Origin: an uncultured bacterium
GTDB lineage: Bacteria; Planctomycetota; UBA1135; GCA-002686595
Direction of reading: 5' to 3'
Length of the DNA: 64,000 bases
NCBI GenBank assembly: GCA_943787795.1
Contig: CALSNU010000002.1
Location: forward strand, 384,001 to 448,000
A program made the translations under genes and the position numbers. Of this stretch, positions 48,321 to 59,267 are shown piece after piece. The notes under the pieces were generated by a model. It worked only from the letters and a program-made list of their open reading frames with translations. It searched no databases and had not been told where the DNA came from. Position 1 is the first letter of the stretch. Each line of letters opens with the position of its first letter.

Positions 48321-49799
48321 TCAGACGGAGACGTTGTCCCGCTGCCCTTCGCGCTCGGCCTCGATCTTCCGCAGTCGGTCGAGGGTCACGTCCGGGGTCG
48401 GGTACTCCCCGCTGAAGCACGCGTTGCAGAACTTGGTGATCTTGCGGTTCCCGACGCGCGCCGCCTCATTCATGGCCTCGCGGTCCAGGTAGATCAGCTT
48501 GTCGACGCCGAGCGACTCGGCGATCTCCTCCACGGTCCGGTCCGTCGCGATGAACTCGCGCTTGCTCGCCATGTCCACGCCGTACGGGCACGGCGCGACC
48601 AGCGGGGGGCTCGTGACCCCGAGGTAGACGTTCCGGGCGCCCGCGCTGCGGGCGGTGTCCACGATCCGGCGGGACGTGTTGCCTCGGACCACGGAGTCGT
48701 CCACCAGCAGCACGTCCTTCCCGTCAAACTCGAGCGGGATCGGGTTGAGCTTGCGGCGGATGGAGGAGGTCCGCGCCTTCTGGTTGGGCATGATGAAGGT
48801 CCGCCCGATGTAGCGGTTCTTCACGAGGCCCTCGCGGTAGGGGACCCCGAGCTCCGCGGCGCAGGCCTGCGCCGCGTCACGCGAACTGTCGGGCACGGGG
48901 ATGATCGCGTCCGGCATGGGGGCACCGGCGGCCTTCCACTGCTGGGCGAGCGCGATGCCGAAGCGATGCCGCGTCTTGTAGACGCTGATGTCGTCGATGA
49001 ACGAGTCGGGGCGCGCGAAGTAGACGTACTCGAAGATGCACGGGCGGTGCGGCTGATCGCCGACCTGGCGACGGTGCACCTTGCGGCTGCTATCCACGAA
49101 GATGGCCTCGCCAGGCCCGATGTCGATGGTCCGCTCGTAGCCATTCACGTCGAGCACGACGCTCTCCGAGGCGCACGCAAACCACTCACCGTGTTCATCG
49201 GTCCGCTGGCCAAAGACGGCCGGCTTGATACCGAAGGGGTCGCGGAAGGCGACCATGCCCACGTCGGCGATGGTGGCGCACACGGAGTAGGCGCCCTTGA
49301 CCTCCTTGTAGACCCGATCGACCGCGTAGAAGACGTCGTCCACGGTGACCTCCCCGCCGCTCGCGTTGTAGCGCTCAGCGAGCGCCTCCTGGAAGACGTA
49401 CAGCAGCACCTCGAGATCGCAGGTCGAGTTGAGCCGGGTCATCTTCGACGTGAAGCGCGAGTCTGACAGCTCCACGAAGTTGGTCACGTTGCCGTTGTGG
49501 ACCATCGCCGTCCCGATGGGGAACGTGTGGTGGAAAGGCTGAGCGTCCTCGTTGCGGTTCGCGCCGACGGTTGGGTAGCGGACGTGACCGACGCCCAGGT
49601 GCCCCTTCAGTCGGCTCATGTTCGACTCGTCGAAGACCTCGACCACGAGCCCGAAGCCCTTCTTCACGTTGAAGCGATCCGTGAAGGTCGTGATGCCCGC
49701 AGCATCCTGGCCCCGGTGCTGAACTGCGAGGAGCCCCTCGTAGATCTCAGGCGCCACGTCGACCCCGTCCGGGCCGAAGATTCCGATGAAGCCGCACAT
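48321..49799 (-). CDS. purF: Amidophosphoribosyltransferase
   Basis: MCG N-terminus, QHRGQD, GHVRYPT, HNGN, CIFEYVYFARPDS, LVDDSVVRGNT, YGVDM. Confidence 0.97.
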   Translation of the reverse strand: MCGFIGIFGPDGVDVAPEIYEGLLAVQHRGQDAAGITTFTDRFNVKKGFGLVVEVFDESNMSRLKGHLGVGHVRYPTVGANRNEDAQPFHHTFPIGTAMVHNGNVTNFVELSDSRFTSKMTRLNSTCDLEVLLYVFQEALAERYNASGGEVTVDDVFYAVDRVYKEVKGAYSVCATIADVGMVAFRDPFGIKPAVFGQRTDEHGEWFACASESVVLDVNGYERTIDIGPGEAIFVDSSRKVHRRQVGDQPHRPCIFEYVYFARPDSFIDDISVYKTRHRFGIALAQQWKAAGAPMPDAIIPVPDSSRDAAQACAAELGVPYREGLVKNRYIGRTFIMPNQKARTSSIRRKLNPIPLEFDGKDVLLVDDSVVRGNTSRRIVDTARSAGARNVYLGVTSPPLVAPCPYGVDMASKREFIATDRTVEEIAESLGVDKLIYLDREAMNEAARVGNRKITKFCNACFSGEYPTPDVTLDRLRKIEAEREGQRDNVSV

Positions 49800-50004
49800 A
49801 GATATCTGTCCCTGGAGTCGCGCTGGTTCTGAGAGTCGGCCGCGACAGGAGCGTGCGCGACCGGGTCGAGAGGGTACCCGGAAAAGGCCCCGCCACTCCC
49901 GCGGCCAGGCGTTTCCTGACCGGAGGGCTGGGATCAATTCGGACGCCGCTCCCGGCCGGCGTCAGCGCCGAGAAGCGCGGGAGGGCGTAAGCTGACGGGG
50001 AAGC

Positions 50005-51168
50005 ATGAGCCAGCCAGCCCACGATCCCCTCCGACTGCTCCTCGTCGAAGATGACCCCGTCTACGAGCGCATCCTGCGCGCCCACATCAGGCGCCTGGGC
50101 GATCGGGTGGGGGAGGTCGTGCACGTCAGCCGCATCGAGGACGGCCTGCAGCGGCACAAGGCCCAGCCGGCGGACCTCGTGCTCCTGGACCTCACGCTCC
50201 CCGATAGCCCTCCAGAGGCGACCCTGGGCCGGGTGCGCGAGTTCGTCGAGGGCGGCGCCGCGGTCCTCGTGCTGAGCGCCCTGGACGACCCGGAGTCCTC
50301 CAGCAGGGCGCGGGCCGCGGGCGCCCTGGGCTTCCTGGACAAGGGCAAGGTCTCGGTGGAGCAGCTCAGTGAAGCGCTCGACCGGGCGGTCGATCCCTGC
50401 CCGCCTGCCCCGGCTGAGGCGCCGCTTGCGGCCAGCGACGCCCCCCCGGCGACCGCCCCCCCCACGACCGAGCCCCCCGCGACCGAGCCGCCGGTGGAGC
50501 AGAGCCTGGACCACCCCCAGCGTCTGGCCGCCCAGCTCGTCCACGATGCCAGGTCCTGGATCACCAATCACAGCTTCCGGTTGGCCGCCCTCAAGCGCAC
50601 CGCAGGACCCGAGGCCGAGCAGCTCATCGAGGGCCTGAGCGACACCACCCGAGCCCTGGGCGAGCTCCTGGATGCCGGCCGAGCCCTCGTCATCGACGAG
50701 ACGACCCCCGTGGCGCTGGAGCCTGTGGATCTCCGCCCGTGGGTCGCCCGCTGGGCCGAGCAACGCGCCGCGAGCCCGGGTGGAGCTCGGATCCATGCGT
50801 CGATCCCCGGGACCTCGCTCGCCGTGACCGGCTGCCTCGCTGGACTCGAGGTCGTCATGGGGACCGTGATCGAGAACGCCGAACAGGCCTCCCCGGACCG
50901 CCCGGTCAACGTGGACTTACAGGCGACCTCCGCCGCCGAGGGATGCGTCGAGGTCGATCTCGCGGACCATGGCGGCAGCTGGGGTGTCGACGACCCGCAG
51001 CAGCTCATCGGGGCCTTCCAGAAGGGCGACCGCGGCAGCACACGGGCCGGCCTCGGGCTCTACCGAGCGAGGCGCTGGATGGAGCGGATGGGAGGATCCC
51101 TGGAGCTCATCCCACGGCACGACACCCCCGGGGCCATGACGGTCCGGCTCCGCTTCAAGGGCGCTTGA
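50005..51168 (+). CDS. Receiver + atypical histidine kinase hybrid
   Basis: LLVEDD, LLDLTLPD; LVHDARS (atypical H-box), ENA, DHGGS, GLGLY. Confidence 0.8.
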   Translation: MSQPAHDPLRLLLVEDDPVYERILRAHIRRLGDRVGEVVHVSRIEDGLQRHKAQPADLVLLDLTLPDSPPEATLGRVREFVEGGAAVLVLSALDDPESSSRARAAGALGFLDKGKVSVEQLSEALDRAVDPCPPAPAEAPLAASDAPPATAPPTTEPPATEPPVEQSLDHPQRLAAQLVHDARSWITNHSFRLAALKRTAGPEAEQLIEGLSDTTRALGELLDAGRALVIDETTPVALEPVDLRPWVARWAEQRAASPGGARIHASIPGTSLAVTGCLAGLEVVMGTVIENAEQASPDRPVNVDLQATSAAEGCVEVDLADHGGSWGVDDPQQLIGAFQKGDRGSTRAGLGLYRARRWMERMGGSLELIPRHDTPGAMTVRLRFKGA

Positions 51169-51217
51169 GGGGCGTCGGGTTAGAGTGGGGCGCCGCGCCC
51201 CATCCGACCCAATCATC

Positions 51218-53182
51218 ATGCTCCGTTCGCTTCCCACCGCCCTCCTCGTCGTCGCCACCTCTGCCGCTGCGACCGCGGCTGACCTGAGGCTCCCCGCCGT
51301 CTTCTCCGACGGCATGGTCCTCCAGCGCGAGTCGGAGGCGGCGATCTGGGGCTGGGCAGATCCTGACCAGGAGGTCAGCCTGCGCGGCGGGTGGCCGGGC
51401 TCCGCGTCCGTGACCGTGAGCGCGGACGGCGAGGGGCGCTGGCGCGCCGCGCTGGACACGCCCGCCGCGGGCGGGCCGTTCAAGGTCGAGGTCACCGCCG
51501 GAGAGGAGCTCGTCGTGGTCAACGACGTCTTGATCGGAGAGGTCTGGCTGTGCTCAGGCCAATCGAACATGGAGTGGACCCTCGACCTCATCCTCCCCGC
51601 CGCCCAGCGGAGCTCCCGGGTCAACGAACGCACGGCGAACGCCGACCGACCCGAGGTCCGCTTCTTCGACATCCCTCAGACCACCGCCGAGAGACCCCAG
51701 GACGACTGCAACGCCCGCTGGTGGTCGGCGTCGGGGGCCGAGGCCCTGCGCTGCAGCGCCGTGGCCTACTTCTTCGCCTGCGAACTGCAGGACCGCCTCG
51801 ACATCCCGATCGGCCTGGTGGTCTCCGCCTGGGGGGGGACGCGGGCGGAGGCCTGGACGAGCGAGGAGGTGGTGGCCGGGTTCCCCCACCACGCGGCCAC
51901 CCTGGAGCGCATTCGAAGCGCGGACCCCGACCAGTACGCGGAGGCGGTCGAGGCGTTCTGGGAGCGCGTGGACGACGGTCGCTTCTGGACCCGGTCGTTC
52001 CCCTCCCCCGACTTCGACGACCGTGACTGGGACGAGCAGGCCTTGCCCGCCCACTTCGAGTCCGGTCCTGTTGGCGACCACGACGGCGTCGTCTGGTACC
52101 GCCGCAGGATAGAGGTGCCCAGCGACTGGGACGCGCAGGAGCTGGAGCTCGTCCTGTCGCCCATCGATGACATGGACGAGACGTTCTGGGACGGCGTCCC
52201 GGTGGCGTCCACCCTGGCCCCAGGCTCTCACGCTCAGGTCCGGCGATATCGGATCCCCGCCCATCTCGTCACCGCCGGCCAGGCTGTCCTCGCGGTCCGC
52301 GCGGTCGACACCGGCGGTCCCGGCGGCTTCACGCCGCGAGCGAGCGACGATGGCCGGCCCCCCATGCGTCTCTCCTTCGGGGGCGCGGACCTGGACCTCA
52401 CGGGCCCGTGGCGCGTGCGGCGAGGCGCTCCCGTGCGGGCCTTGCCGTCCGTTCCCGCCAAGGAAGCCACCGACCAGAACACGCCCGCCGCCCTCTACAA
52501 CGGCATGATCACGCCGATCCTGCCCTTCGGGATCCGCGGCGCCATCTGGTACCAGGGGGAGTCCAACCGCTACCGCGCCGAGGAGTATCGCGAGCTCTTC
52601 CCGGCCATGATCACGGACTGGCGGACACGCTGGGAGCAGCCCGACCTTCCCTTCTACTTCGTCCAGCTCGCTCCCTATGGCTATGGCGGCGGCGACGACG
52701 GGCGCACGGCGCTGGTGCGCGAGGCCCAGGCCCTGGCCGCCCAACAGCTCGCCGGCACCGGCATGGTGCTGACCGCGGACATCGGTAACGCGCGCGACAT
52801 CCACCCCGTCAACAAGTGGACCGTCGGCGAGCGGCTCGCCCGCTTCGCCCTCCGCGACCTGTACGGCTCCCCCGAGACGGTCGCCGAGGGGCCCCGCATC
52901 AGGCGAGCCGTGCCCCAGGGCCGTGAGCTGGTCCTCGAGTTCGACCACGTCCAGGGCGAGCTGCGGGCGATCGGCGAAGGGCTCGGCCAGTTCGAGCTCG
53001 CGGGCGGTGACGGCGTGTATGTCCCGGCCTCCGCGCGCATCAGCGAGGACGGACAGGGGATCGTCCTCAGCAGCCCGGACGTCGAGGCCCCCTCCGACGC
53101 CCGCTACCTGTGGAACGATGCGGGGTACGCCTCGGTCATGGGCGGCGCCGGCCTGCCCTTGGCGCCGTTCAGGACCCGCTGA
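51218..53182 (+). CDS. Sialate O-acetylesterase (SASA/SGNH) with inserted sugar-binding domain
   Basis: Signal peptide; FSDGMVLQR, GEVWLCSGQSNM, WGGT, LYNGMI, WYQGESN, DIHP. Confidence 0.92.
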   Translation: MLRSLPTALLVVATSAAATAADLRLPAVFSDGMVLQRESEAAIWGWADPDQEVSLRGGWPGSASVTVSADGEGRWRAALDTPAAGGPFKVEVTAGEELVVVNDVLIGEVWLCSGQSNMEWTLDLILPAAQRSSRVNERTANADRPEVRFFDIPQTTAERPQDDCNARWWSASGAEALRCSAVAYFFACELQDRLDIPIGLVVSAWGGTRAEAWTSEEVVAGFPHHAATLERIRSADPDQYAEAVEAFWERVDDGRFWTRSFPSPDFDDRDWDEQALPAHFESGPVGDHDGVVWYRRRIEVPSDWDAQELELVLSPIDDMDETFWDGVPVASTLAPGSHAQVRRYRIPAHLVTAGQAVLAVRAVDTGGPGGFTPRASDDGRPPMRLSFGGADLDLTGPWRVRRGAPVRALPSVPAKEATDQNTPAALYNGMITPILPFGIRGAIWYQGESNRYRAEEYRELFPAMITDWRTRWEQPDLPFYFVQLAPYGYGGGDDGRTALVREAQALAAQQLAGTGMVLTADIGNARDIHPVNKWTVGERLARFALRDLYGSPETVAEGPRIRRAVPQGRELVLEFDHVQGELRAIGEGLGQFELAGGDGVYVPASARISEDGQGIVLSSPDVEAPSDARYLWNDAGYASVMGGAGLPLAPFRTR

Positions 53183-53213
53183 GCAGCGCCGAGGACGCTC
53201 GGCCGCGGCCCCC

Positions 53214-54455
53214 TCAGGAGCCGCTCGCGGCGCTCTCCTCGAACCGATCCGGTGAGAAGAACTCCGGATCGATGGCGCTGATGGGCTGACCCAGGATCAT
53301 CTGGGCGAGGCCCTCACCGATGCTCGGCGCGAGCTGGAAGTCGTTGCCTGAGAAGCCGGTCACCACGTACAGGCCCGGGATCTCCTTCACGGCCCCCACG
53401 ATCGGCCGCTCGTCCGGGGTGAGCGTGATCCATGCGGCCTGCCCTCCCTCATCGTCCATGCCCCTGTAGATGGGCATGCGCGCCTCGAGCCTCGGGCGGG
53501 CCCACGCCCGCATCTCGTCGCCGACGGCCTCGTCCAGGCTCTCGGGCCGCTCCAACTCCTGGAGCCCGTCGAACCCGAGGCGGCCCACGCGGGTGCGCTT
53601 CGCGGCAGGCTCACAGCGCAGGTGCAGCCCGTTGGCCCTGTCCAGGATGACCGGGTGAGCGGCCGGCATGAGGTCCAGAGGGTCCGGTCGGAAGCGCGTC
53701 TCCACGTCATCCTCACCGCCCTCGTCGATCTCCTCGAGCGCCGCGGGGTCCGGCATGTGCACGAAGTGCTCCTCGATGCGGACCACCCGCAGGGGGTAGG
53801 AGACACCCAGCTCCTTCAGGATGATCGGGGTCCAGGGGCCCGTCGCGAGCACGACGTTCGGTGCGAGGAACTCCCCCTCGCTCGTCGCCACGCCCACGGC
53901 TCGACCGTTCTCCACGAGCACCGTGGGGTTCTCGACGCCCGTTCGCGTGCTGGCGCCCTGGGTGCGGGCAAGAGCCGCGAGGGTATCGATCGTTCGACGC
54001 GGATCCACGAAGCCGCCGTTGGGCTCGTAGGAACCGATGGATTCGTCCGAGACCTCGATGCCCGGGCAGATCTGCCGCATCTTCGTCGCGTCCACGATCT
54101 GCACGTCGATGCCGATCGAGCACTGCATCTCCACGTCGGCCCGGAGGGCGGAGACCTCTTCGGGGTCACTCCCCGCGACCACGAGCACGCCGGTCCGCCG
54201 GTAGCCAACGGAGCGGCCGACCTTGGTCGGCATCGTGGCGTAGACCTTCAGGGCGTCCCGCGCCATGCCGGCCAGCGGTCGCTCGGTGTAGCCCTGGTGG
54301 ATCACGGCGCCCGTGCGGCCAGAGGAGCCAGAGCCGAGCCTCCCCTTCTCGAGCAGGATGACGGGCTCGGTCAGGGGATCGCAGCGCTTGGCTGCGCTAA
54401 GGGCGACTGAGGTGCCCATGGCACCCCCGCCCACGATGAGGATCTTTGCTTTCAC
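53214..54455 (-). CDS. FAD-dependent oxidoreductase (DAO / sarcosine oxidase beta-like)
   Basis: ILIVGGGAMG, GSGSSGR, LATGPW, TPDERPIVG, TGFSG..FQLAP. Confidence 0.88.
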   Translation of the reverse strand: MKAKILIVGGGAMGTSVALSAAKRCDPLTEPVILLEKGRLGSGSSGRTGAVIHQGYTERPLAGMARDALKVYATMPTKVGRSVGYRRTGVLVVAGSDPEEVSALRADVEMQCSIGIDVQIVDATKMRQICPGIEVSDESIGSYEPNGGFVDPRRTIDTLAALARTQGASTRTGVENPTVLVENGRAVGVATSEGEFLAPNVVLATGPWTPIILKELGVSYPLRVVRIEEHFVHMPDPAALEEIDEGGEDDVETRFRPDPLDLMPAAHPVILDRANGLHLRCEPAAKRTRVGRLGFDGLQELERPESLDEAVGDEMRAWARPRLEARMPIYRGMDDEGGQAAWITLTPDERPIVGAVKEIPGLYVVTGFSGNDFQLAPSIGEGLAQMILGQPISAIDPEFFSPDRFEESAASGS

Positions 54456-54492
54456 GTGGGCCTCAGCTTATCCGCCGCGCGCCCCGTAGGGC

Positions 54493-56956
54493 TCAGCGAA
54501 AGTCGGCCGGGGGCCGGGGGCGGACCCCGAGCTTCTCGTAGTTGAAGCCGCTCTCCAGCGGCTCGTAGGGGCCGACGGGCGCGACGTCGAGGTCCGCGCG
54601 GATGTCCCCCTCGCGTCCGAGACCCCAGAGGGTCGCGTTCAGGAGCAGCCGGCGCATGTCCTCGCACTCGAAGTCACGGGCGCTGCCCATGGTCGTGTGG
54701 AAGACCCGGCTCTCCTTGCCCCCGGCCCCGGTGAAGGTCCGGGTCCACGCCACCGGCAGCGCGATCTTGTTCTCATTCGGCGGCCCGTCGGGGGTCCGGC
54801 CGATGAGGGGCTGCCCCATGAGCAGGGGCACGCACCGGGCGGGCAGCGCGCCGCCCTCCGGGTAAGTCCGGTAGACGTCCGTGGTGCCCCACACGTCGTC
54901 GATCCCGATGAGCACGGGGTGTCCCGCGTGCTCGGCGACGACGCTCGCCCGCGTGGAGTCCCGGCTCCAGTTGCCGTGGTGGCCGCGGAAGGAGCCCCCC
55001 AGCACGCCCTCGCCGAAGGGCACGCGCTTACCGTCTACCCGGTAGTCCCAGTCGATGAAGCCGTGGTTCGCCGTGCGGATCGCGAGGATCGGCTTGCCTG
55101 AGTCGAGGTAGCCGTAGATGGACGCCAGCTGCTCGGGGGGAAGAGAGAGCAAGCGGGTATAGAAGATGGCCGCGTCCGCGCCCTCAAGGTGCTCGAGGCC
55201 CGGGATGTCGTGGACGATCTCCTTGTCCTCCCACTTGATCTTCGAGGTCGGGTCCACGCGGCCCTGCTCGTCCTGCGCGAAGAGGACCGTGGTGTGCATG
55301 CCATGCCGCTCGGCCAGCAGCTCCGCCAGCATCGGCGTGCACTCCTCGCTCCGGTACTCCTGGTCGCCCACCACGAACACCACGTGGGGCGCGTCCTCTC
55401 CGCCGCCCTTGGCGGGGTAGGTGAGCCAGCGCGGGTCCTCGGGCACCGGGTGCGTCCGCGGCGCGGGGATCTCGTTGACCGTGTAGTAGGCGTCCCGGTG
55501 GAGCAGCGGCTCACCGGCAGCCGAGCGCAGCGCGGCGAGGTCAAACTCGTGGACGTGCCCCTTCTTGAGGGCGTCCAGCACGACCCGCGCCGACAGGCCG
55601 TCCTCGGATACGGTGACCGAGCGCACCTCCGGCACGGTCCGGTCCACCTCGGGTCCCCCGTAGGCGCCGTGGTAGATGTGGGTGAAGGTCCCCATGACCC
55701 AGTTCTCCGTCTTCGCCGCCGATTCGGGGTCCACGGGGAGGGTGAAGCGCACATCGAATCCCTCCGGGTGGATCGTGATCCGCTCCACCTCGAAGGGCGT
55801 GACCCCGGTCCACTCGAGCCGCTCGAGGGCGAAGGGCTCCAGCCCGCGCACGGGCCAGCCGCGGTTGGTCCCGCCCGCGATGAGCTTGCCCGCGGGGCTG
55901 AAGTGCACGTCGAGCAGCCCCGTGGAGAGCCCCTCGCGGAAGGGGTAGCAGGCCCCCTGCCAGACGCCGTTCACCTGCTCCGTCGTCGCGCGCAGGATGA
56001 CCGAGAGGCTGAAGTCCCCGAGGAACATCTGATCCTCGAAGGGGCCGAAGCTCCCGCCGGTGTCGTCCACGGTGAAGCCCATGATCGAGCGGCCCATGCG
56101 GATGTACGGGAAGACGATGGCGTAGGGCGTCAGCTCCGGCACCCGCTCCTGCTCGGTGAGGATGCGCGTCCCGGAGTTCGGGACCGTGGGCGCGTCGCCG
56201 AGGTTCGGCGCATAGGGATACCAGTTGAAGCTCACGGGGTGGCCGTGGAAGCTCCCCTCCTGCACGGCCTTGAGGCTGCACGAGGAGTTCCAAGGGCCCT
56301 GGCTCTCGATGTAGAAGATCTGCCCGTTCTCGTCGGGGCCGATGCCGCCGGGGCTGCGCAGGCCGCTGGCCACGGGGATCGTCTCGCCCTCGGGCGTGAC
56401 CTTGAGCACCCAGCCGCGGAACAGCGCCCGCGAGTGGTAGGAGTACGAGAGCCCCAGGGCCACGTGCACGTTGCCCTCGGCGTCCGGCCCCGTGCCGAAG
56501 GCGTACTCGTGGTAGTTCTCGTAGCCCCAGCCGGCGGAGACCACGTCGAAGCGGTCCGCGCGCCCGTCGCCGTCCGAGTCGGAGACCCGGGTCAGCTCGC
56601 AGCTCTGGGTCACCAGCAGCCCACCCTCCACGGCCTCGAGGCCGAAGATCTCGTCCATGCCGGACGCGAACAGGGTGTAGGTCGGCTCGGGCTTGGGGTC
56701 GTCCACGCCGTCCACGAGGTAGATGTCCCCGTGCCGCGTCCCCACGGCGATCCGTCCGTCGGGGAGCGTGGTGAAGGCGCCCGCCTCCACGGTCAGCGCC
56801 TCGGGGATCGGCAGGCTCACCACCCGGTAGTACTTGCGCTCCTCGGTCTCGGTCCCCCACTTGGAGCCGAGGTCCTCGGCGGGCTGAGCCGCGAGGGGCG
56901 GGGAGCGAGGTGAGGGCGAGCAGCGCGGCCGCGCGGGGATCAATCGGCGAGGTCAT
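54493..56956 (-). CDS. Periplasmic beta-propeller (sorbosone-dehydrogenase-like) + ThuA-like protein; apparent frameshift in the signal-peptide region
   Basis: DSDGDGRAD, NYHEYAFG, GLRSPGG, WQGACYPF; C-terminal GDQEYRSE, IRTANH, PVAWTR, FHTTMG. Hydrophobic AAALLALT lies in a different frame (ATG 56956) from the body. Confidence 0.75.
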
Positions 56957-59267
56957 AGGTGAGCTCCAGGGTCGAGGGGCCGGCGGGGAGGGGCAGGTGA
57001 AGGAGGAGCTCGCTACCGCTCTCCACGGAGCGCAGCTCGAACATCTTCGGCTTGAGGGGAGTCAGCGGCGCCACGGTCAGCCGGAGCTTCCCGAAGACGA
57101 AGCCGCCGCTGTCGGGGACCTCGACGACCCCCGCGAGGGCGCGGAAGACCATGGGCCCGGCCTCCGGCGAGTCAAAGGTGATGGAGCGCCGGAGCACCGT
57201 GCGCTCGCCCTCCTTCAGGGGCACCGTCCGGTCCTCCACGCCCACCGCGCCAATGGAGTAGCGCAGCGTGGGGACGCCGTCCCCATCCAGGTGATAGCCC
57301 CGGAAGCGGTAGCCGTGCTGGCGCGGATAGGTGGGGTCGGGGTTGACCGGGTTCTCCTCGGTCATCACCGGCCGGACCGGCCAGGGGTCCGGCGGGCCCT
57401 CACCGGCCGCGAAGGCCAGGTCCCTGGGGAGCTCCACGGGTCGACCCCGCGGGTTGAAGTCGCCGGCCCCCTGGCCGTTCCAGTTGACCGAGACGAAGTC
57501 GCCGCGCCAGAGCCCCGCGAGGGCCCCGTTGTTGGCGTCGAAGGCGTAGTTCAGGCCCTCCTCGAAGCCAACGGCCACGCCGCGGAAGCCCGCGATCCGG
57601 CTCCGCCCGCGGTAGAGGCGCGCGCGACCCTCCACGTTGACGTCCCAGCGGGGCTGGTCGATCCCCTTGGGGTTCCGCGCGGAGCGGCCCAGGGCGAGGT
57701 AGTGCCAGATGGCGCCGAGCTGGCGGTCCGTGTCCGCGTCCAGGAGCGTGTCGTACACCGGCTCCCCGCCCGGCCAGGACTCCGGCATGACGATGTCCGC
57801 CACCTTGGACGTGGGCTTCACCATGAAGTCCCGGAACCAGCGCTCGCGCAGCCGCTCGGGCGTCGTGATCAGGTCCACGCCCTGGAAGCCGGGGGCCTCC
57901 TTGGTGTTGAACTGGTGGCAGCTCACGCACCCGAGCCCCGTGGTGCCCAGCATGGTCCGCGCGGCCTCCCGCGCCTCCTTCCACTCCTCACCCTCGGGCC
58001 TCGGGAAGACGAGCGGCTCCTCCGCGTCGAGGGCCTCGAGGTGACCGGGGAGGTCCGCCACGTTCGCGTCGCCGAACACCGGCATGCGCGTGTGCATGTA
58101 GGGCCGAACCGACGCGCCGTCGTGCAGGACCCGCTCGAGCCACTCCCGGCGGAGCTTGGCGCCCACGCCGCTCAGCGTCGGCGGCCTGCGGGCGGGCTCC
58201 CCCAGGTCTGGCTCGTCGGTGGTGAGGAATCCGTCGAGGGCCGCGGGGACTCCGCCGACGCCGTCACGCTCGTGACAGGCCGTGCAGCGCAGGGCCGCCA
58301 TGGTGGAGGCCAGCTCCACCTCCGGCGCACGGGGCTCACCCAGCTGACCCGCGGCCTCGATGAGGGCGACGCGCTGCCCGTCGCTCAGGTCGTAGACCGG
58401 CAATCCCGCCGGCGGCGCCTTGGACGCGCACCCGGCCCCGAGCGGGCCCGCGGGGAAGGGCAGGGGGGCCTCGACCCCGCCCACGTCCCCGTGACAGGCG
58501 GCGCAGCGCAGGGTCCGGAAGTGCTCCCGGCCCGCGTCCACGAGGGCGGCCTCCCCGGGCAGCGGCTCGCCAGCAGGCCCGGCGCCTTCCGCGGCGATCA
58601 GGTAGGCCGCCAGGTCCGCCGCCTCCCCACGGTCCAGGTGCATGTCGGGCATGAGCCCGCCGGGCCGGTGGGCGAGGGGCTCGTGAAGGAAGGCCGTCAG
58701 CCCGTCCGCGGTGTACTTCCCGGCCACGTGATCCAGGGAGCGGCCGCCCTCGGGCAGCGGGGCGCCGCCGCGGCGCTCGCCGTGGCACATGACGCACCCG
58801 ATCTCGTGGTAGATCCGATCCCCGCGCTTCGGGTCGCTCTCCCTGGCAGCCTGGCCGGGGCCGCCGGCCGGGGCCCCTTCGGTCGCCGGCGCCTCGCTGG
58901 CGAGGAACGCGGCGAGGGCACGGGCCACCTCGGCTCGCTCCCCCGGGGTGCGGTCCGCCATCAGGTCCGGCATCCGAGTGCCCGGCTGGGCCTCTGCCGG
59001 GTCCGCCAGATAGCGCAGGAGGAAGTCCGGGCGGAGGCGCTCCGCGGCGAGTCCGAGGTCCGGCGCCAGGCGCTGTCCCGCGGGCTGGAGGTCATCGTGG
59101 CAGGCCGCGCACCCCAGACGGGCGATCTCCTCCCGTCCGTCTACCGCAGCCGGGCGGGCCCCGCCTCCCCCGGGCTTCTCGCCGTGGTGGCCCTCCGGCG
59201 CTGAGGCCGAGGCGATGGAGGCTAGGGCGAGCGCCAGGGCGCCAAGGGCGACGGGGAGGACCTTCAT
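56940..59267 (-). CDS. Multiheme c-type cytochrome (five CxxCH)
   Basis: Signal peptide; CAACH, CVMCH, CAACH, CTACH, CVSCH, with several distal MP motifs. Confidence 0.88.
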   Translation of the reverse strand: MKVLPVALGALALALASIASASAPEGHHGEKPGGGGARPAAVDGREEIARLGCAACHDDLQPAGQRLAPDLGLAAERLRPDFLLRYLADPAEAQPGTRMPDLMADRTPGERAEVARALAAFLASEAPATEGAPAGGPGQAARESDPKRGDRIYHEIGCVMCHGERRGGAPLPEGGRSLDHVAGKYTADGLTAFLHEPLAHRPGGLMPDMHLDRGEAADLAAYLIAAEGAGPAGEPLPGEAALVDAGREHFRTLRCAACHGDVGGVEAPLPFPAGPLGAGCASKAPPAGLPVYDLSDGQRVALIEAAGQLGEPRAPEVELASTMAALRCTACHERDGVGGVPAALDGFLTTDEPDLGEPARRPPTLSGVGAKLRREWLERVLHDGASVRPYMHTRMPVFGDANVADLPGHLEALDAEEPLVFPRPEGEEWKEAREAARTMLGTTGLGCVSCHQFNTKEAPGFQGVDLITTPERLRERWFRDFMVKPTSKVADIVMPESWPGGEPVYDTLLDADTDRQLGAIWHYLALGRSARNPKGIDQPRWDVNVEGRARLYRGRSRIAGFRGVAVGFEEGLNYAFDANNGALAGLWRGDFVSVNWNGQGAGDFNPRGRPVELPRDLAFAAGEGPPDPWPVRPVMTEENPVNPDPTYPRQHGYRFRGYHLDGDGVPTLRYSIGAVGVEDRTVPLKEGERTVLRRSITFDSPEAGPMVFRALAGVVEVPDSGGFVFGKLRLTVAPLTPLKPKMFELRSVESGSELLLHLPLPAGPSTLELTYDLAD

